This document shows, piece after piece, positions 4,481 to 6,081 of a stretch of DNA of 6,081 nucleotides. Within the stretch, counting starts at the first letter, position 1; every line of letters begins with the position of its first letter. The position numbers and the translations under genes are program-made. The notes below the pieces were generated by a model. The model saw nothing but the letters and a program-made list of their open reading frames with translations. It did no database searches and had not been told where the DNA came from. Source of the DNA: a virus; IMG/VR virus record IMGVR_UViG_3300029492_000060, positions 1 to 6,081 of that record. One strand, given 5' to 3'.

Positions 4481-6079
4481 TTAAACCATACGATTGAAAA
4501 TATTATTAGCATCATTAAGCTTCTTATGCTTAATCATATCACGACAGAATGTTGCACTACGATACCGGAGTTGCTCAAGAAGTTGAACCGTTTCACATGA
4601 AACGTCCGACAAGACATCACGCTCCTGCCCGTTCGCAGGCAACGCAAACATACAATCCGATATGTCCGGGTTAGCGGAGCGTATGTTGAATACATCTCGT
4701 AAATTTTCATAATCCTTTTTCTTCTCATAGTCTATACCTGTTTTAATGATAAACATAATACGACCGGAAAAAGCACTAATATCAGAACCGAAGGAAGGCA
4801 AATGCCAATTACGGAAGAACTTAAAGACATATAAGAATAACCGATATAACTTATTAATAAAAGACTTAATATCGACATCGCTAGAACAGTTAACAAACCT
4901 AGTAAGACACCGAGAAGAATGTAATATAATCTTGTCATCATCAGTAAGAATAGGATTAACTTTAAGATATTGGTAATAAGTACGAACAAGGCTCAAGACT
5001 GAATCCTGTTTATAGTCGATGAATCCATATTTTGCAATTCTTTGCGGCGTCCGGTGAACAGCACGAAGAATTCTAGCAACCGCAATACTATCGTCATTGC
5101 GAGCAGACGAGAATCGGGGCAATAGGGTACGGATATACGACATGGGTGGAGTTGACCGAACACTGATGCCGTTGAAGTTATAGACTCTTCCGTTAACGAC
5201 AGAATCGATTTTTTGTTCAATCTGCGCATAAGGGTCTTCACCTTCCAAGAAATCACAACCTTTTTCAAAGAATCCAAGAGAAGCCCTCGACCGGGGTTTA
5301 AATGAGCGGCATGAGCGATATAATAGGGGAGCAGAACTAAGGCTGTTAACGTAACTCGCAACGTACGAACTAGCTCCACCAGCGGAACGTTGGAAATCTG
5401 AACGACCGAGTTTCCAACTCTTACCGTGACAGTATCGTAAAACCTCGGCGACTTTGTCCGAGTTTGTGAATAATAAGAGATGATAATGCGGGCGGAAATG
5501 CACGGGTCCATACTCGCCCACAGCGTAGAAATGTAGCGGTTCATAAGAGCCTAATTTTAAAGATAAATGTTTACGCAAACGCTTAACATAATTCTGAACA
5601 TCAACATAATTTAAGAAGGGAATAAGATTATCACGACCGTATTGTAAAGAAACGGGATAATCCGTTTTTTCAACGGCCTGCGTCTTAGTGATAAAACTAC
5701 GAATAGCATCCATACTAAGAAACCAATTATCCCTAATAGGAACATATTCTTTAATCTCGCGGTCATACGGTACAGTACCCTGTACTTGTTCGAAAAAAAT
5801 ATGACGCAACACGGAGCTATCATCACATTGATACCCAGAAACGGGAATATATTTATGATATTCATCACCAAAATGAATATCTCCTGAGATACCTACAACG
5901 TCCTCATATTCACTATGTAGAACTTTACAATTAAATAAAGGAATATGTTCGTTATCATACGTAAGTGTCACAAAATAAGAATACTTAAAGGCACTTCCAG
6001 CGGTCTTCACACGCATGGACGCCTTTTGAGCACGCTTATGAATACAATAATCACATTGACCACAATCCACGGCAATACG
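4481..6079 (-). CDS. VP4: Replication initiation protein VP4 (HUH rolling-circle endonuclease, phiX174 gpA-like). The 5' end runs off the window edge and is completed by 156..1. Full length is 559 aa.
   Basis: Motif I is FVTLTYD (5974..5954). The HUH motif is HYHLLLF (5488..5468). The two-tyrosine motif is YVASYVNS (5365..5342; compare phiX174 gpA YVAKYVNK). The TAA stop is at 4483..4481. The frame stays open to the window end and joins the ATG at 156 through the 77-nt overlap. Confidence 0.93.
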   Translation of the reverse strand, partial: RIAVDCGQCDYCIHKRAQKASMRVKTAGSAFKYSYFVTLTYDNEHIPLFNCKVLHSEYEDVVGISGDIHFGDEYHKYIPVSGYQCDDSSVLRHIFFEQVQGTVPYDREIKEYVPIRDNWFLSMDAIRSFITKTQAVEKTDYPVSLQYGRDNLIPFLNYVDVQNYVKRLRKHLSLKLGSYEPLHFYAVGEYGPVHFRPHYHLLLFTNSDKVAEVLRYCHGKSWKLGRSDFQRSAGGASSYVASYVNSLSSAPLLYRSCRSFKPRSRASLGFFEKGCDFLEGEDPYAQIEQKIDSVVNGRVYNFNGISVRSTPPMSYIRTLLPRFSSARNDDSIAVARILRAVHRTPQRIAKYGFIDYKQDSVLSLVRTYYQYLKVNPILTDDDKIILHSSRCLTRFVNCSSDVDIKSFINKLYRLFLYVFKFFRNWHLPSFGSDISAFSGRIMFIIKTGIDYEKKKDYENLRDVFNIRSANPDISDCMFALPANGQERDVLSDVSCETVQLLEQLRYRSATFCRDMIKHKKLNDANNIFNRMV

Positions 6080-6081
6080 TG

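Noticed and set aside
4993-5544. A 183-codon ORF nested in an alternate frame of the Rep gene, superficially like phiX174 B/K inside A.
   Set aside because: This whole frame of Rep has few stops: 4534..4728, 4732..4989, 4993..5544 and 5611..5871 are all in the same frame. The ORF coincides with the GC-richer catalytic core, where AT-rich stop codons are rarer. By my approximate hand count only ~49/183 of its codons end in T, against ~65/178 for the Rep frame over the same span and about half or more in VP1. It therefore does not show the genome's coding signature. It is worth only a synonymous-constraint check.
6005-6081. The 77-bp direct terminal repeat as a biological DTR, LTR or mobile-element boundary.
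   Set aside because: It is exact, lies inside a continuous ORF, and closing the circle restores a full-length Rep with a proper ATG. Its length equals a common assembler k-mer. It is best explained as circular-contig overlap.
1-6081. phiX174 sequencing spike-in contamination or a chimera, prompted by the origin-like 20-mer.
   Set aside because: Gene order, protein sizes and sequences (VP1/VP2/VP4 type, no phiX D/E/J/G/H set) are clearly not phiX174. The 20-mer sits within an uninterrupted VP1 reading frame, so it is not a chimeric join.

Overview
The window is a complete, circularly closed genome of a small ssDNA phage of the family Microviridae. It is not phiX-like. Its size and gene set look Alpavirinae-like or gut-microvirus-like, but that placement is tentative. 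Bases 1-77 are repeated exactly at 6005-6081, so the unit length is 6004 nt and the repeat is an assembly overlap.

All credible genes lie on the window's minus strand. They are tightly packed, with two ATGA stop/start overlaps, and share a strong preference for T at the third codon position. Gene order on the coding strand is:
- Bacteroidetes-type promoter (833->803)
- 71-aa orphan ORF
- 27-aa single-TM peptide
- 102-aa M15-family zinc peptidase
- HUH replication initiator VP4, 559 aa, whose real ATG is at 156 and which wraps the junction into 6004->4481
- major capsid protein VP1, 580 aa
- 147-aa acidic protein, possibly a scaffold
- pilot/minor capsid protein VP2, 371 aa
- a ~400-nt visibly GC-richer, hairpin-dense intergenic region (753-1151) containing terminator-like hairpins

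The most interesting content is the promoter-proximal accessory module. A minimal M15 peptidoglycan peptidase is translationally coupled to a tiny membrane peptide, which looks like a holin/endolysin-style lysis cassette in a microvirus. The structured intergenic region is also of interest: it has a hairpin flanked by tandem 10-nt-period repeats and alternative-pairing GC hairpins, and is a candidate replication or priming signal. A 15+5-nt match to the phiX174 origin core lies on the antisense strand inside VP1.

No tRNA, rRNA, CRISPR array, integrase or transposase was seen. All family assignments come from motif recognition by eye. No database search was run.
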